The notes under the pieces were generated by a model. It saw only the letters and a list, made by a program, of their open reading frames with translations, did not search any database and was not told the origin of the DNA. Below, in pieces: positions 55,404-64,000 of a DNA stretch of 64,000 nucleotides. How positions within the stretch are numbered: position 1 is the first letter of the stretch; each line of letters begins with the position of its first letter. Made by a program: the position numbers and the translations under genes. The stretch comes from Aquabacterium sp. (GTDB lineage: Bacteria; Pseudomonadota; Gammaproteobacteria; Burkholderiales; Burkholderiaceae_C): contig SCTQ01000220.1 of the NCBI GenBank assembly GCA_004322345.1, positions 1,227 through 65,226 of the forward strand. The letters run 5' to 3'.

Positions 55404-56198
55404 ATGTTCGCCCGCCTGCGCGAGGACATCGCCTGCATCCTGGAACGCGACCCGGCCGCCCGCTCGGCGTTCGAGGTGCTGACCTGCTATCCCGGCCTGC
55501 ACGCCCTGCTCTTCCATCGCCTGGCCCACGCCTGCTGGACCAGCGGCTGGCACTGGCTGGGGCGCTGGTTCTCGCAGTGGGGCCGCTTCTTCACCGGCAT
55601 CGAGATCCATCCTGGCGCCACCATCGGACGGCGCGTCTTCATCGACCACGGCATGGGTGTCGTCGTCGGCGAGACGGCGGTCATCGGCGACGACTGCACC
55701 ATCTACCAGGGCGTGACCCTGGGCGGCACCTCGCTGGCCCGCGGCGCCAAGCGCCACCCGACGCTGGAGGCCGGCGTGATCGTCGGTGCCAATGCACAGG
55801 TGCTGGGCGGCTTCACGGTGGGCGCGGGAGCGCGCGTGGGATCCAACGCAGTGGTGACCAAGCCCGTGCCCGCGGGCGCGACGGCAGTGGGCAACCCCGC
55901 GCGCATCATCGAGCGCCGCCCCGACACCCCGCGCAGCACCGACGAACACGAGGCCGCGGCCCAACGCATGGGCTTCTCGTCCTACGGCCTCACCGACGGC
56001 GACGACCCCCTGTCGCAGGCCCTGCGCGGGCTGGTGGACGGCGCCGCGTCGCAGGAACACCAGATCGCCTTGCTGTGGCAGACGATGCAGCAGCTGGCGA
56101 AGATCCAGGCCGAACGCGGGCCCTGCCCCGAGATGCCCTCGGACGCCCACACCACCGAGCAGTTCGATGCCGAGGGCATGAACCGCCTCGTGAAGTAA
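55404..56198 (+). CDS. cysE: Serine O-acetyltransferase
   Basis: [48 protein letters not shown]. Confidence 0.96.
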   Translation: MFARLREDIACILERDPAARSAFEVLTCYPGLHALLFHRLAHACWTSGWHWLGRWFSQWGRFFTGIEIHPGATIGRRVFIDHGMGVVVGETAVIGDDCTIYQGVTLGGTSLARGAKRHPTLEAGVIVGANAQVLGGFTVGAGARVGSNAVVTKPVPAGATAVGNPARIIERRPDTPRSTDEHEAAAQRMGFSSYGLTDGDDPLSQALRGLVDGAASQEHQIALLWQTMQQLAKIQAERGPCPEMPSDAHTTEQFDAEGMNRLVK

Positions 56199-56322
56199 CC
56201 GACGCGCGTCAAAGCGGCGAAGAGGCACGCGTGAGCATGCCTGGGCGGCGGAGGCGGCGGCGAGGACCGGGCGCCGGGCCGCCCCAAGCCGGCCCCGTCC
56301 CCACGGGGGACTGACGTACTCG

Positions 56323-56937
56323 TCAGGCGAGGGGCTCAGTTCGCTGCGCCGACTTCGGCCGGAACGCGGCGCACACCGCCGGATCGGTCTCGATGTACGG
56401 CCCGCCGATCAGGTCCACGCAATAGGGCACCGCGGCGAAGATCCCCTGCACGACCGGCCGCCCGCTTTCGTCCAGCAGCCCCTGCAGGGTCTGCGCGATG
56501 GACTTCGGCTGCCCCGGCAGGTTGATGAGCAGCGCCTTGCCGCGCACCACCGCCGTCTGGCGCGACAGGATCGCCGTGGGCACGAAACGCAGGCTGATCT
56601 GGCGCATCTGCTCGCCGAAGCCGGGCAGTTCCTTGTCGGCCACGTCCAGCGTGGCCTCGGGTGTCACGTCGCGCGGCGCGGGGCCCGTGCCGCCGGTGGT
56701 CAGCACGAGGTCGCAATGTTCGTCGTCGACCAGCCCGCGCAGGGTCTGCGCGATCTGCGCGCGCTCGTCGGGAATCAGGCGCGGCACCCAGTCCACCGGA
56801 TTGCGCACCGCTCGGCCCAGCCAGTCCTGCAGCGCGGGCAGGCCCTTGTCCTCGTAGACGCCGGTGCTGGCGCGGTCGCTGATGCTGACCACGCCGATGC
56901 GTACACGGCTCAGCACGCGATCCAGCGGCTCAGTCAT
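56323..56937 (-). CDS. mog: Molybdopterin adenylyltransferase
   Basis: SISDRAS.G.YED, TTGGTGPAPRDVTPEAT, INLPGQPKSI, VPYCVDLIGG. Confidence 0.95.
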   Translation of the reverse strand: MTEPLDRVLSRVRIGVVSISDRASTGVYEDKGLPALQDWLGRAVRNPVDWVPRLIPDERAQIAQTLRGLVDDEHCDLVLTTGGTGPAPRDVTPEATLDVADKELPGFGEQMRQISLRFVPTAILSRQTAVVRGKALLINLPGQPKSIAQTLQGLLDESGRPVVQGIFAAVPYCVDLIGGPYIETDPAVCAAFRPKSAQRTEPLA

Positions 56938-57508
56938 CGCCATCCTCGCCGTCGTCGTCGCTGCCGCCTTCGGCGCGGGCCTTCGCGTCGAGAGCGGCGC
57001 GCACGAACTGGAACAGCTCGCGGAAGCCCTTGGCGCTGCGCTGCTCGGGCGCGGCGGCGGCATCCTTGCGCGCGGCACGCACGAGGTTGCGCAGCTGCTG
57101 CACGTCGGTGCCCGGATGCTCGTCGACCCAGCGCGTGAGCACGTCGTCGGAGGCGATCAGCTCGGCGCGCCAGCGTTCGGCGCGGTGCAGGTCCAGCGTG
57201 GCCTTGGCGCTGCCCAGGTGCAGCGCGGCCAGGGCCTCGCGCAGCGGCTCGGGATCGACGCCGCGCATCAGCTTGCCGACGTACTGCAGCTGGCGGCGTC
57301 GGCCTTCGTGCGTCTTGGTGCGCTTGAGTTCCAGGATCGCGTCGCACAGGTTCTCCGGCATCGGGATGGCGCGGATGCGGACCGGCGGCAGCTTCTCCAG
57401 CTCCAGGCCCAGGTCCTGGAGGTCGTGCGACTCCTTCTTCAGCCGCGTCTTGCTGGGCTTGGGGGGGACGTCGTCGAATTCTTCGGGGTCGGGGGATGGG
57501 CGAGGCAT
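56930..57508 (-). CDS. darP: Ribosome biogenesis factor DarP/YjgA (DUF615)
   Basis: PSKTRLK, EGRRRQLQYVGKLMR, WRAELI, FRELFQ; divergent from pmbA. Confidence 0.93.
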   Translation of the reverse strand: MPRPSPDPEEFDDVPPKPSKTRLKKESHDLQDLGLELEKLPPVRIRAIPMPENLCDAILELKRTKTHEGRRRQLQYVGKLMRGVDPEPLREALAALHLGSAKATLDLHRAERWRAELIASDDVLTRWVDEHPGTDVQQLRNLVRAARKDAAAAPEQRSAKGFRELFQFVRAALDAKARAEGGSDDDGEDGDD

Positions 57509-57582
57509 GGGCAAGAGGAGGCTGGGTGCGTGGCTATCATACGTTCGCACCTCCAACGCTAAGCCCTGAGAAAACGACGCTC

Positions 57583-58986
57583 ATGCCCAGCACCAAAGCC
57601 AGCCGCCCCAGCACCAAGCCCCAAAGCCAGGACCAGGGATTCGCCTACACCCAGGACCAGTTCAGGCAGCTGGTGGACGACGCGCTGAAGCTGGCCCGCG
57701 ACATGGGCGCCAGCGACGCGGTGGCCGAGGTCTCCGAAGGCGCCGGCCTGTCGGTGTCGGTGCGCAAGGGCGACCTGGAGAACGTCGAGCGCAACCGCGA
57801 CAAGTCCATCGGCGTCACCGTCTACCTGGGCGCACGCCGCGGCAACGCGAGCACCTCCGACTTCTCGCGCAAGGCGCTGGAGCAGACGGTGCGCGCGGCC
57901 TACGACATCGCGCGCTACACCGCCGAGGACCCGGCCGCCGGCCTGCCCGACGAGCAGGACCTGGCGCGCGGCAAGGACGCCACCCGCAAGCTGGACCTCT
58001 TCCACCCCTGGGCCATCACCGCCGAGCAGGCCACCGAGATCGCCCTGCGCTGCGAACGCGCGGCGCTCACCGTGGACAAGCGCATCACCAACTCCGAAGG
58101 CGCGGGCGTGTCGGCCCAGCAGTCGCATTTCTGGTCCGGCAACACGCGCGGCTTCAGCGGTGGCTACGCCAGCTCGCGCCACTCGCTGTCGGTCGCACCC
58201 ATCGCCGGCCGCGGTGACGACATGCAGCGCGATGCCTGGTATTCGTCGATGCGCGACCCGGCCGAACTCGCCGCGCCCGAGGCCATCGGCCGCTACGCCG
58301 CCGAGCGCGCGCTGTCGCGCCTGAAGTCGCGCAAGATCGCCACCTGCCAGGCGCCGGTGCTGTTCGAGTCTTCGCTGGCCGCCGGCCTGCTGGGCGCCTA
58401 CGTGCAGGCCACCAGCGGCGGCTCGCTGTACCGCAAGGCCAGCTTCCTGGTCGACAGCCTGGGTACGCAGGTCTTCCCCGACCACATCTCCGTGCGCGAG
58501 GACCCGCACGTCGCAAAGGGCAAGGGCAGCGCGCCCTTCGACGACGAAGGCGTCGTCACGCGCAAGCGCGACGTGGTGTCCAAGGGCGTGGTCCAGGGCT
58601 ACTTCCTGTCCAGCTACTCGGCCCGCAAGCTGGGCATGCGCACCACCGGGCACGCCGGCGGCTCGCAGAACCTGACGCTGGCCAGCCGGCTGACCCGCGC
58701 CGGCGACGACCTGGACGCGATGCTGCGCAAGCTCGGCCGCGGCCTGTTCGTCATCGAACTGATGGGCCAGGGCGTCAACTACGTCACCGGCGACTACTCG
58801 CGCGGCGCCGCCGGCTTCTGGGTGGAGGACGGGCGCATCGCCTATCCGGTGCAGGAGATCACCATCGCCGGCAACCTGCGCGACATGTTCAAGGGCATCG
58901 CCGCAGTGGGCGCGGACAGCTACACCTTCGGCAGCAAGACAATCGGGTCTGTGCTGATCGACCGTATGCGCATCGCAGGCCTCTGA
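57583..58986 (+). CDS. pmbA: Metalloprotease PmbA (TldE)
   Basis: GLSVSVR.G, NSEGA, FDDEGV, QGVNYVTGDYSRGAAGFW, EITIAGNL. Confidence 0.96.
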   Translation: MPSTKASRPSTKPQSQDQGFAYTQDQFRQLVDDALKLARDMGASDAVAEVSEGAGLSVSVRKGDLENVERNRDKSIGVTVYLGARRGNASTSDFSRKALEQTVRAAYDIARYTAEDPAAGLPDEQDLARGKDATRKLDLFHPWAITAEQATEIALRCERAALTVDKRITNSEGAGVSAQQSHFWSGNTRGFSGGYASSRHSLSVAPIAGRGDDMQRDAWYSSMRDPAELAAPEAIGRYAAERALSRLKSRKIATCQAPVLFESSLAAGLLGAYVQATSGGSLYRKASFLVDSLGTQVFPDHISVREDPHVAKGKGSAPFDDEGVVTRKRDVVSKGVVQGYFLSSYSARKLGMRTTGHAGGSQNLTLASRLTRAGDDLDAMLRKLGRGLFVIELMGQGVNYVTGDYSRGAAGFWVEDGRIAYPVQEITIAGNLRDMFKGIAAVGADSYTFGSKTIGSVLIDRMRIAGL

Positions 58987-59171
58987 GGGTGAACCCAGAT
59001 GCAAATCCTGCCGCCGGATGCGGGTTGCACCCGAGATTCAACCTATGTACCCCCGCGGATGCGGGTCCCTGGATACACCTCCGCGTGACTGTTGCCACAA
59101 CGTAAACGCGGCGCTTTCGGGACAATGCGCTTCATCGGACGTTCTGGTCCAAGCAGTACAGGAGCCCCAAG

Positions 59172-59954
59172 ATGAAAAGCATGTCCCACGCGATTTCCCG
59201 CGCATTCGTCGGCGCTGCGATGGTGGTGGCCACCTCCCACGCCGCTGCGGAAGTCACGCTGCCGACCACGCTGCTGGACGCCAACGCGACCCTGACCTTC
59301 TCGACCGCGGCCCAGCAGGTGCTGAGCTTCGTGCACATCTCGACCAGCGCGCTGGGCACCACGACGGCCGTCAGCGGCACCCCCGGCGCCTACAACCTGC
59401 CGATCACCAGCGTCACCGGCAACATCGACCTGTTCTCGTCCACGCTGTTCGTTCCCTCGCAGGGCGTGTCGGCCGGCGCAGGCCTGCTGCTGATGAACGA
59501 CAAGACCTACGGCGGCCTGGGCCTGGCCAACTTCTCGATCGACTTCACGAAGAACGTCGTCTACGGCGACGTCTTCGTCAAGGGTGGTTCGGTCATCAAG
59601 AACACCGCGATCTTCAACTTCGACGTCACCTCCCCGCTGGACCTGGACGTGTCGCTGCTGCCGCTGAGCGTGGACCTGGACGTGACCCTGGGCAACCTGA
59701 AGCTGACCACCTCCGCCGCCACCACCTTCGCCAGCGCGCTGAACGTGTCGGCCGCCTTCGTCGACGCGCTGACCGAGATGGACTACGGCACGATCTCGGC
59801 CAACATCCACAGCGGCCTGCGCCTGTTCGATGCGCCCTCGGGCAAGGCCCTGACCAAGGTCAACTTCCCGGTGCCGGAACCGTCGACCTATGTGTTGATC
59901 GCCATGGGCATGGCAACCGCGGGCTGGATGGCCAGCCGCCGCCGCGCCGGCTGA
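59172..59954 (+). CDS. PEP-CTERM sorting-domain surface protein
   Basis: RBS AGGAG, signal peptide, Ser/Thr-rich beta-type body, C-terminal VPEPSTY + TM helix + RRR. Confidence 0.92.
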   Translation: MKSMSHAISRAFVGAAMVVATSHAAAEVTLPTTLLDANATLTFSTAAQQVLSFVHISTSALGTTTAVSGTPGAYNLPITSVTGNIDLFSSTLFVPSQGVSAGAGLLLMNDKTYGGLGLANFSIDFTKNVVYGDVFVKGGSVIKNTAIFNFDVTSPLDLDVSLLPLSVDLDVTLGNLKLTTSAATTFASALNVSAAFVDALTEMDYGTISANIHSGLRLFDAPSGKALTKVNFPVPEPSTYVLIAMGMATAGWMASRRRAG

Positions 59955-59974
59955 GCGCCACGCGCCTCGATCGA

Positions 59975-59998
59975 AAAAGCCGCCCTCGGGCGGCTTTT
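59975..59998. terminator. Bidirectional intrinsic terminator
   Basis: AAAAGCCGCCC-TC-GGGCGGCTTTT between the convergent PEP-CTERM gene and rmuC. Confidence 0.9.
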
Positions 59999-60015
59999 GC
60001 TTTGGCGACTGCCGT

Positions 60016-61503
60016 TCACTCGAGCGGCAGCTCGCCGGGTTCGTCGTCGGCCTTGAGCAACTGCTGGGCCTGGGCCTCGGGCAATGCCTCGACGCCGCGC
60101 AGCTCGCGGGTCATCACGCGGGTGCGGCGCTCGGCCATGTCGATGGAGTTGCTGGCCTCTTCCAGCTTCTTGCGCGTCTTGGCCAGCACCTCTCCAAACT
60201 TGCCGAACTCGGTCTTCACGGCACCCAGCACCTTCCAGACCTCGGACGAGCGCTTCTCCAGCGCCAGCGTGCGGAAGCCCATCTGCAGGCTGTTGAGCAT
60301 GGCCAGCAGCGTGGTCGGGCCGGCCAGGGTGACGCGGTGCTCGCGCTGCAGCGCCTCCACCAGGCCGGGACGGCGCAGCAGCTCGGCGAACAGGCCCTCG
60401 GTGGGCACGAAGAGCACCGCGAAATCGGTCGTGTGCGGCGGCGCCAGGTACTTGGCGGCGATGTTGCGTGCCTCGTCGCGGATGCGCGCCTCCAGCGCCT
60501 TGGCGGCGGATTCGGCCGCCTCGCGGTCGGCGCGGTCCTGGGCCTCGAGCAGGCGCTCGTAGTCCTCGCGCGGGAACTTGGCGTCCAGCGGCAGCCAGAT
60601 GTGCTCGCCGTCGTTGCCACGGCCGGGCAGCTTGATCGCGAACTCCACGCGCTCGTTGCTGCGCGGTACGGTGGCCACGTTGACCGCGTACTGCTCGGGC
60701 GTGAAGACCTGCTCCAGCAGCGCGGCCAGCTGCACCTCGCCGAAGACGCCACGCGACTTGACATTGGTCAGCACGCGCTTGAGATCCCCCACGCCCTGGG
60801 CCAGGCCCTGCATCTCGCCCAGGCCGCGGTGCACCAGCTCCAGCCGTTCGGCCACCTGCTTGAAGCTCTCGCCCAGGCGCTGCTCCAGCGTGGCGTGCAG
60901 CTTCTCGTCCACCGTCTGGCGCATCTGTTCCAGCTTCTTCTCGTTGTCGGCTGCCAGGGCCTGCAGGCGGGTCTCCACCGTCTGGCGCACCTCGGCCAGG
61001 CGGCGGTCGTTGGAGTCGGTGAGCAGGCGCAGCTGTTCGTTGAGCGTGTCCGAGAAGCGCTTGAAGGCGGACTCCTGCGCCTGCGTCACCCCCAGCAGCG
61101 CCGCGTGCTGGGCCTCGCGCGTGGCCAGGGCCTGCTCGGTCAGCGACGTCGTCGTGCCGCGCAGCGTATCGGCCATGGCCTGCTGCATGGCGCCCAGCTG
61201 GACGCGGAAGCTGTCGATCTGCTCGTTCTGCGTGCGGGCGACGTCGCCCTGCTGCGCCAGCAGGGTCTGCTGGAACTGGGCGAGCGTCGCGCCCAGCTCC
61301 TGGCGGGTGCCGCCGGCGCTGCGCACGAGCTCGTCGCGCAGCTCGCGCTCGATGCGCTCCAGGCGTTCGCCTTGTGCACGCGAGCTGGATTGCAGCTCGG
61401 CGGACAGGCGCTCTGCCTGCGGTTCGCCGCCACGAGAACGCAGCAGCAGCAGGAGAAGCAGGAGTTGGAGGGCGCACAGCCCGAGGATCAGCCAGATGGT
61501 CAT
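60016..61503 (-). CDS. rmuC: DNA recombination protein RmuC
   Basis: KSRGVFGEVQL, LPLDAKFPREDY, PPHTTDFAVLFVPTEGL, AGPTTLLAML. Confidence 0.95.
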   Translation of the reverse strand: MTIWLILGLCALQLLLLLLLLRSRGGEPQAERLSAELQSSSRAQGERLERIERELRDELVRSAGGTRQELGATLAQFQQTLLAQQGDVARTQNEQIDSFRVQLGAMQQAMADTLRGTTTSLTEQALATREAQHAALLGVTQAQESAFKRFSDTLNEQLRLLTDSNDRRLAEVRQTVETRLQALAADNEKKLEQMRQTVDEKLHATLEQRLGESFKQVAERLELVHRGLGEMQGLAQGVGDLKRVLTNVKSRGVFGEVQLAALLEQVFTPEQYAVNVATVPRSNERVEFAIKLPGRGNDGEHIWLPLDAKFPREDYERLLEAQDRADREAAESAAKALEARIRDEARNIAAKYLAPPHTTDFAVLFVPTEGLFAELLRRPGLVEALQREHRVTLAGPTTLLAMLNSLQMGFRTLALEKRSSEVWKVLGAVKTEFGKFGEVLAKTRKKLEEASNSIDMAERRTRVMTRELRGVEALPEAQAQQLLKADDEPGELPLE

Positions 61504-61558
61504 GCGCGGATTGTCTCAGCCGCCCACCTGCCCTGGCCCCGCGGGCCGCGCGTCAGGC

Positions 61559-62200
61559 TCAGGCGGCCGTCGACACCTTCACCGGCGCGCCGGTCGCCTC
61601 CTGCAGCGCCTGGGGGGTGACGCCGGGCGCCAGCTCCACCGCGGTGAACCCGTCGGGCGTGATGTCCAGCACCCCCAGGTCCGTGATGATGCGGTTGACC
61701 ACGCCCACGCCGGTCAGCGGCAGGTCGCACTGCTTGAGCAGCTTGTGCACGTTGCCCTTGGCGGTGTGCTCCATCAGCACGACGACGCGGCCCACGCCGG
61801 CCACCAGGTCCATCGCGCCGCCCATGCCCTTGACCATCTTGCCGGGGATCATCCAGTTGGCCAGGTCGCCGCGCTCGCTGACCTGCATGGCGCCCAGGAT
61901 GGCCAGGTTGATCTTGCCGCCGCGGATCATCCCGAAGGAGTCGGCGGAAGAGAAGAAGGCCGAGCCCGGCAGCGTGGTCACCGTCTGCTTGCCGGCGTTG
62001 ATCAGGTCCGCGTCGACCTTGTCCTCCGTCGGGAAGGGGCCGATGCCCAGCAGGCCGTTCTCGCTCTGCAGCCACACCTCCACGCCCTTGGGCACGTGGT
62101 TGGCCACCAGCGTCGGCAGCCCGATGCCGAGGTTGACGTAGAAGCCATCCTGCAGCTCCTGCGCGGCGCGCGCCGCCATTTCATCGCGGGTCCAGGGCAT
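61559..62200 (-). CDS. scoB: 3-oxoacid CoA-transferase subunit B
   Basis: [13 protein letters not shown] catalytic Glu, [13 protein letters not shown]. Acyl specificity not determinable. Confidence 0.9.
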   Translation of the reverse strand: MPWTRDEMAARAAQELQDGFYVNLGIGLPTLVANHVPKGVEVWLQSENGLLGIGPFPTEDKVDADLINAGKQTVTTLPGSAFFSSADSFGMIRGGKINLAILGAMQVSERGDLANWMIPGKMVKGMGGAMDLVAGVGRVVVLMEHTAKGNVHKLLKQCDLPLTGVGVVNRIITDLGVLDITPDGFTAVELAPGVTPQALQEATGAPVKVSTAA

Positions 62201-62211
62201 GTCGCTCTCCT

Positions 62212-62913
62212 TCAGGCGGCTTTGGTGACGGTGCGCTGCTCGATGCGCTTCTCGGGCGTCGTGTTCAGCACGATGCGGTGCACGAAGATGCCCGGCAGGT
62301 GGATCTGGTCCGGGTCCAGCTCGCCGATCTCGACGATCTTTTCCACCTCGACGATGGTGATCCTGCCGGCCTGCGCCACGTTGGGGTTGAAGTTGCGGGC
62401 GGTCTTGTTGAAGACCAGGTTGCCCGCCTTGTCGGCGATCCAGGCCTTGACCAGGGAGACGGCAGGGTTCAGCGAGCGCTCCATCACGTACTTCGCGCCG
62501 TCGAACTCGCGCACCTCCTTGCCGTCGGCCACGATGGTGCCCACGCCGGTCTTGGTGAAGAAGGCCGGGATGCCGGCCCCCCCGGCGCGCAGCTTCTCGG
62601 CCAGCGTGCCCTGGGGCGTGAACTCCAGCTCCAGCTCGCCGCTGAGGTACTGGCGCTCGAACTCCTTGTTCTCGCCGACGTAGCTGGAGATCATCTTCTT
62701 GATCTGCCGCGTGTTCAGCAGCTTGCCCAGCCCGAAACCATCGACGCCGGCGTTGTTGGAGATCGCCGTCAGGTTCTTGACGCCGCTGGCCTGCAGCGCG
62801 TCGATCAGCGCCTCGGGGATGCCGCAGAGGCCGAAGCCCCCCACCGCAATCAGCTGGCCATCGGCCACCACGCCCTTGAGCGCCTCGGCGGCGCTGGGAT
62901 ACACCTTGTTCAT
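62212..62913 (-). CDS. scoA: 3-oxoacid CoA-transferase subunit A
   Basis: MNKVY start, [41 protein letters not shown]. Confidence 0.9.
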   Translation of the reverse strand: MNKVYPSAAEALKGVVADGQLIAVGGFGLCGIPEALIDALQASGVKNLTAISNNAGVDGFGLGKLLNTRQIKKMISSYVGENKEFERQYLSGELELEFTPQGTLAEKLRAGGAGIPAFFTKTGVGTIVADGKEVREFDGAKYVMERSLNPAVSLVKAWIADKAGNLVFNKTARNFNPNVAQAGRITIVEVEKIVEIGELDPDQIHLPGIFVHRIVLNTTPEKRIEQRTVTKAA

Positions 62914-63109
62914 CTGCTCGCTCCTGGATTCAGGCCAGTGGGGCCGGCCACGCACGGATGCTGCACCGCAGCGGCGCTAGCGTACAACGAGTATGCGGGG
63001 CACAGGAAGGGAGGTCTTGCGCGAACTCGTCGCGCTTTAGCCGCCATTCAAGGAAACCAGCAGCATGCCGGCGGGCCCGAGCAGCCCGCGCAGACGTGCC
63101 CGCTCGCGT

Positions 63110-63892
63110 TCAAACCGCGAAGCCGTCGTCGGCTTGGATGATGGCGCCGTTGATGAAGTGGCTTTCCTTGGCGCACAGCATCACCAGCGCCGCATCCAGG
63201 TCCTCCGGCTTGCCGATGCGCTTGCGCGGCAGCATCTCGATGAGCTTGCGGCCCTGCTCGGTCTGCCAGTGCTCGTGGTTGATCTCGGTATCGATGTAGC
63301 CGGGGCAGATGGCGTTGACGTTGATGCCGTAGCGGCCCCACTCCAGCGCCATCGAGCGCGTCATGTGCACCACCGCCGCCTTGCTCATGCAGTAGATGCC
63401 GATCTGGCCCAGCACGCGGATGCCGGCCATGGAGGCGATGTTGACGATGCGCCCGCCGGTGAAGGTGCCCGGCGCCGAGCCCTTGGCACGGGCCAGCATG
63501 CGCTTGCCGACTTCCTGGGCGACGAAGAAGGCACCCTTGGTGTTGGTGTCGAAGACGTAGTCGTAGTCCTCGGGCGTCACGTCCGTCAGCTTCTGCGTGG
63601 TGCTGACGCCGGAGTTGTTGATCAGGATGTCGATGTGGCCGACTTCGGTCTCGGCATGGGCCACGGCGGAGCGGATGCTGGCGTTGTCGGTCACGTCCAG
63701 GCCCACGACGTGGGCGTTGCCGCCGGAGGCTTCGATCTCCGCGCGCAGGGTCTTCAGGCGCTCGACGCGGCGGCCGGCCAGGACCACGGCGGCGCCGGAC
63801 CTGGCCAGCGTGCGGGCGAACTGGGCGCCCAGGCCGCTGGAGGCGCCGGTGACGAGGGCGACGCGCCCGGACAGATCGATGCTGTAGCTCAT
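63110..63892 (-). CDS. Short-chain dehydrogenase/reductase
   Basis: TGASSGLG, INNSG, NIAS, YCMSK (YxxxK), ICPGY. Start re-picked at MSYSIDLSG. Confidence 0.92.
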   Translation of the reverse strand: MSYSIDLSGRVALVTGASSGLGAQFARTLARSGAAVVLAGRRVERLKTLRAEIEASGGNAHVVGLDVTDNASIRSAVAHAETEVGHIDILINNSGVSTTQKLTDVTPEDYDYVFDTNTKGAFFVAQEVGKRMLARAKGSAPGTFTGGRIVNIASMAGIRVLGQIGIYCMSKAAVVHMTRSMALEWGRYGINVNAICPGYIDTEINHEHWQTEQGRKLIEMLPRKRIGKPEDLDAALVMLCAKESHFINGAIIQADDGFAV

Positions 63893-64000
63893 TGCAATGT
63901 CTTCCTGTTGGTTTGAAACGCTGAGCGCGCATGGTAGCCGCGGGGCGCATCGAACATGGACACGGCGCGTTGTCGGCAAATCGGCCCTCGCCCTGTCGAA

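Overview
High-GC betaproteobacterial chromosome segment (Burkholderiales-like gene order and content; genus not determinable). It is mostly core genome: aceE (partial), a divergent FixL/FixJ-like two-component pair, folD, prlC, rpiA, a MarR-OMF-emrAB efflux operon, pyrD, addAB, trxA-rho-rpmE2, a complete pstSCAB-phoUBR operon, hslO, pyrG-kdsA-eno-ftsB-pnuC, suhB-mutS, trmJ, cysE, mog, darP, pmbA, rmuC and scoAB. I saw no rRNA, tRNA, CRISPR array, integrase or transposase. Many long ORFs in the supplied track are GC-rich shadow ORFs, so start codons were re-picked by eye. Signals most worth following up: (1) a Tat-exported flavin amine oxidase with an altered active site, coupled to a YUCCA-like FMO, lying between trmJ and cysE; (2) a pseudokinase-HDOD fusion with a perfect 22-bp inverted repeat upstream; (3) an orphan Anbu proteasome-type protease with a REP-like element filling its whole upstream spacer; (4) two unrelated secreted-protein genes 50 kb apart that share a 3' terminator module and an upstream motif; (5) extra, oppositely oriented Pho-box half-sites upstream of the pstS promoter; (6) a sigma54 promoter on a lone PuuD-like gene. 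None is demonstrated to be a new system; all functional statements are inferences from sequence.
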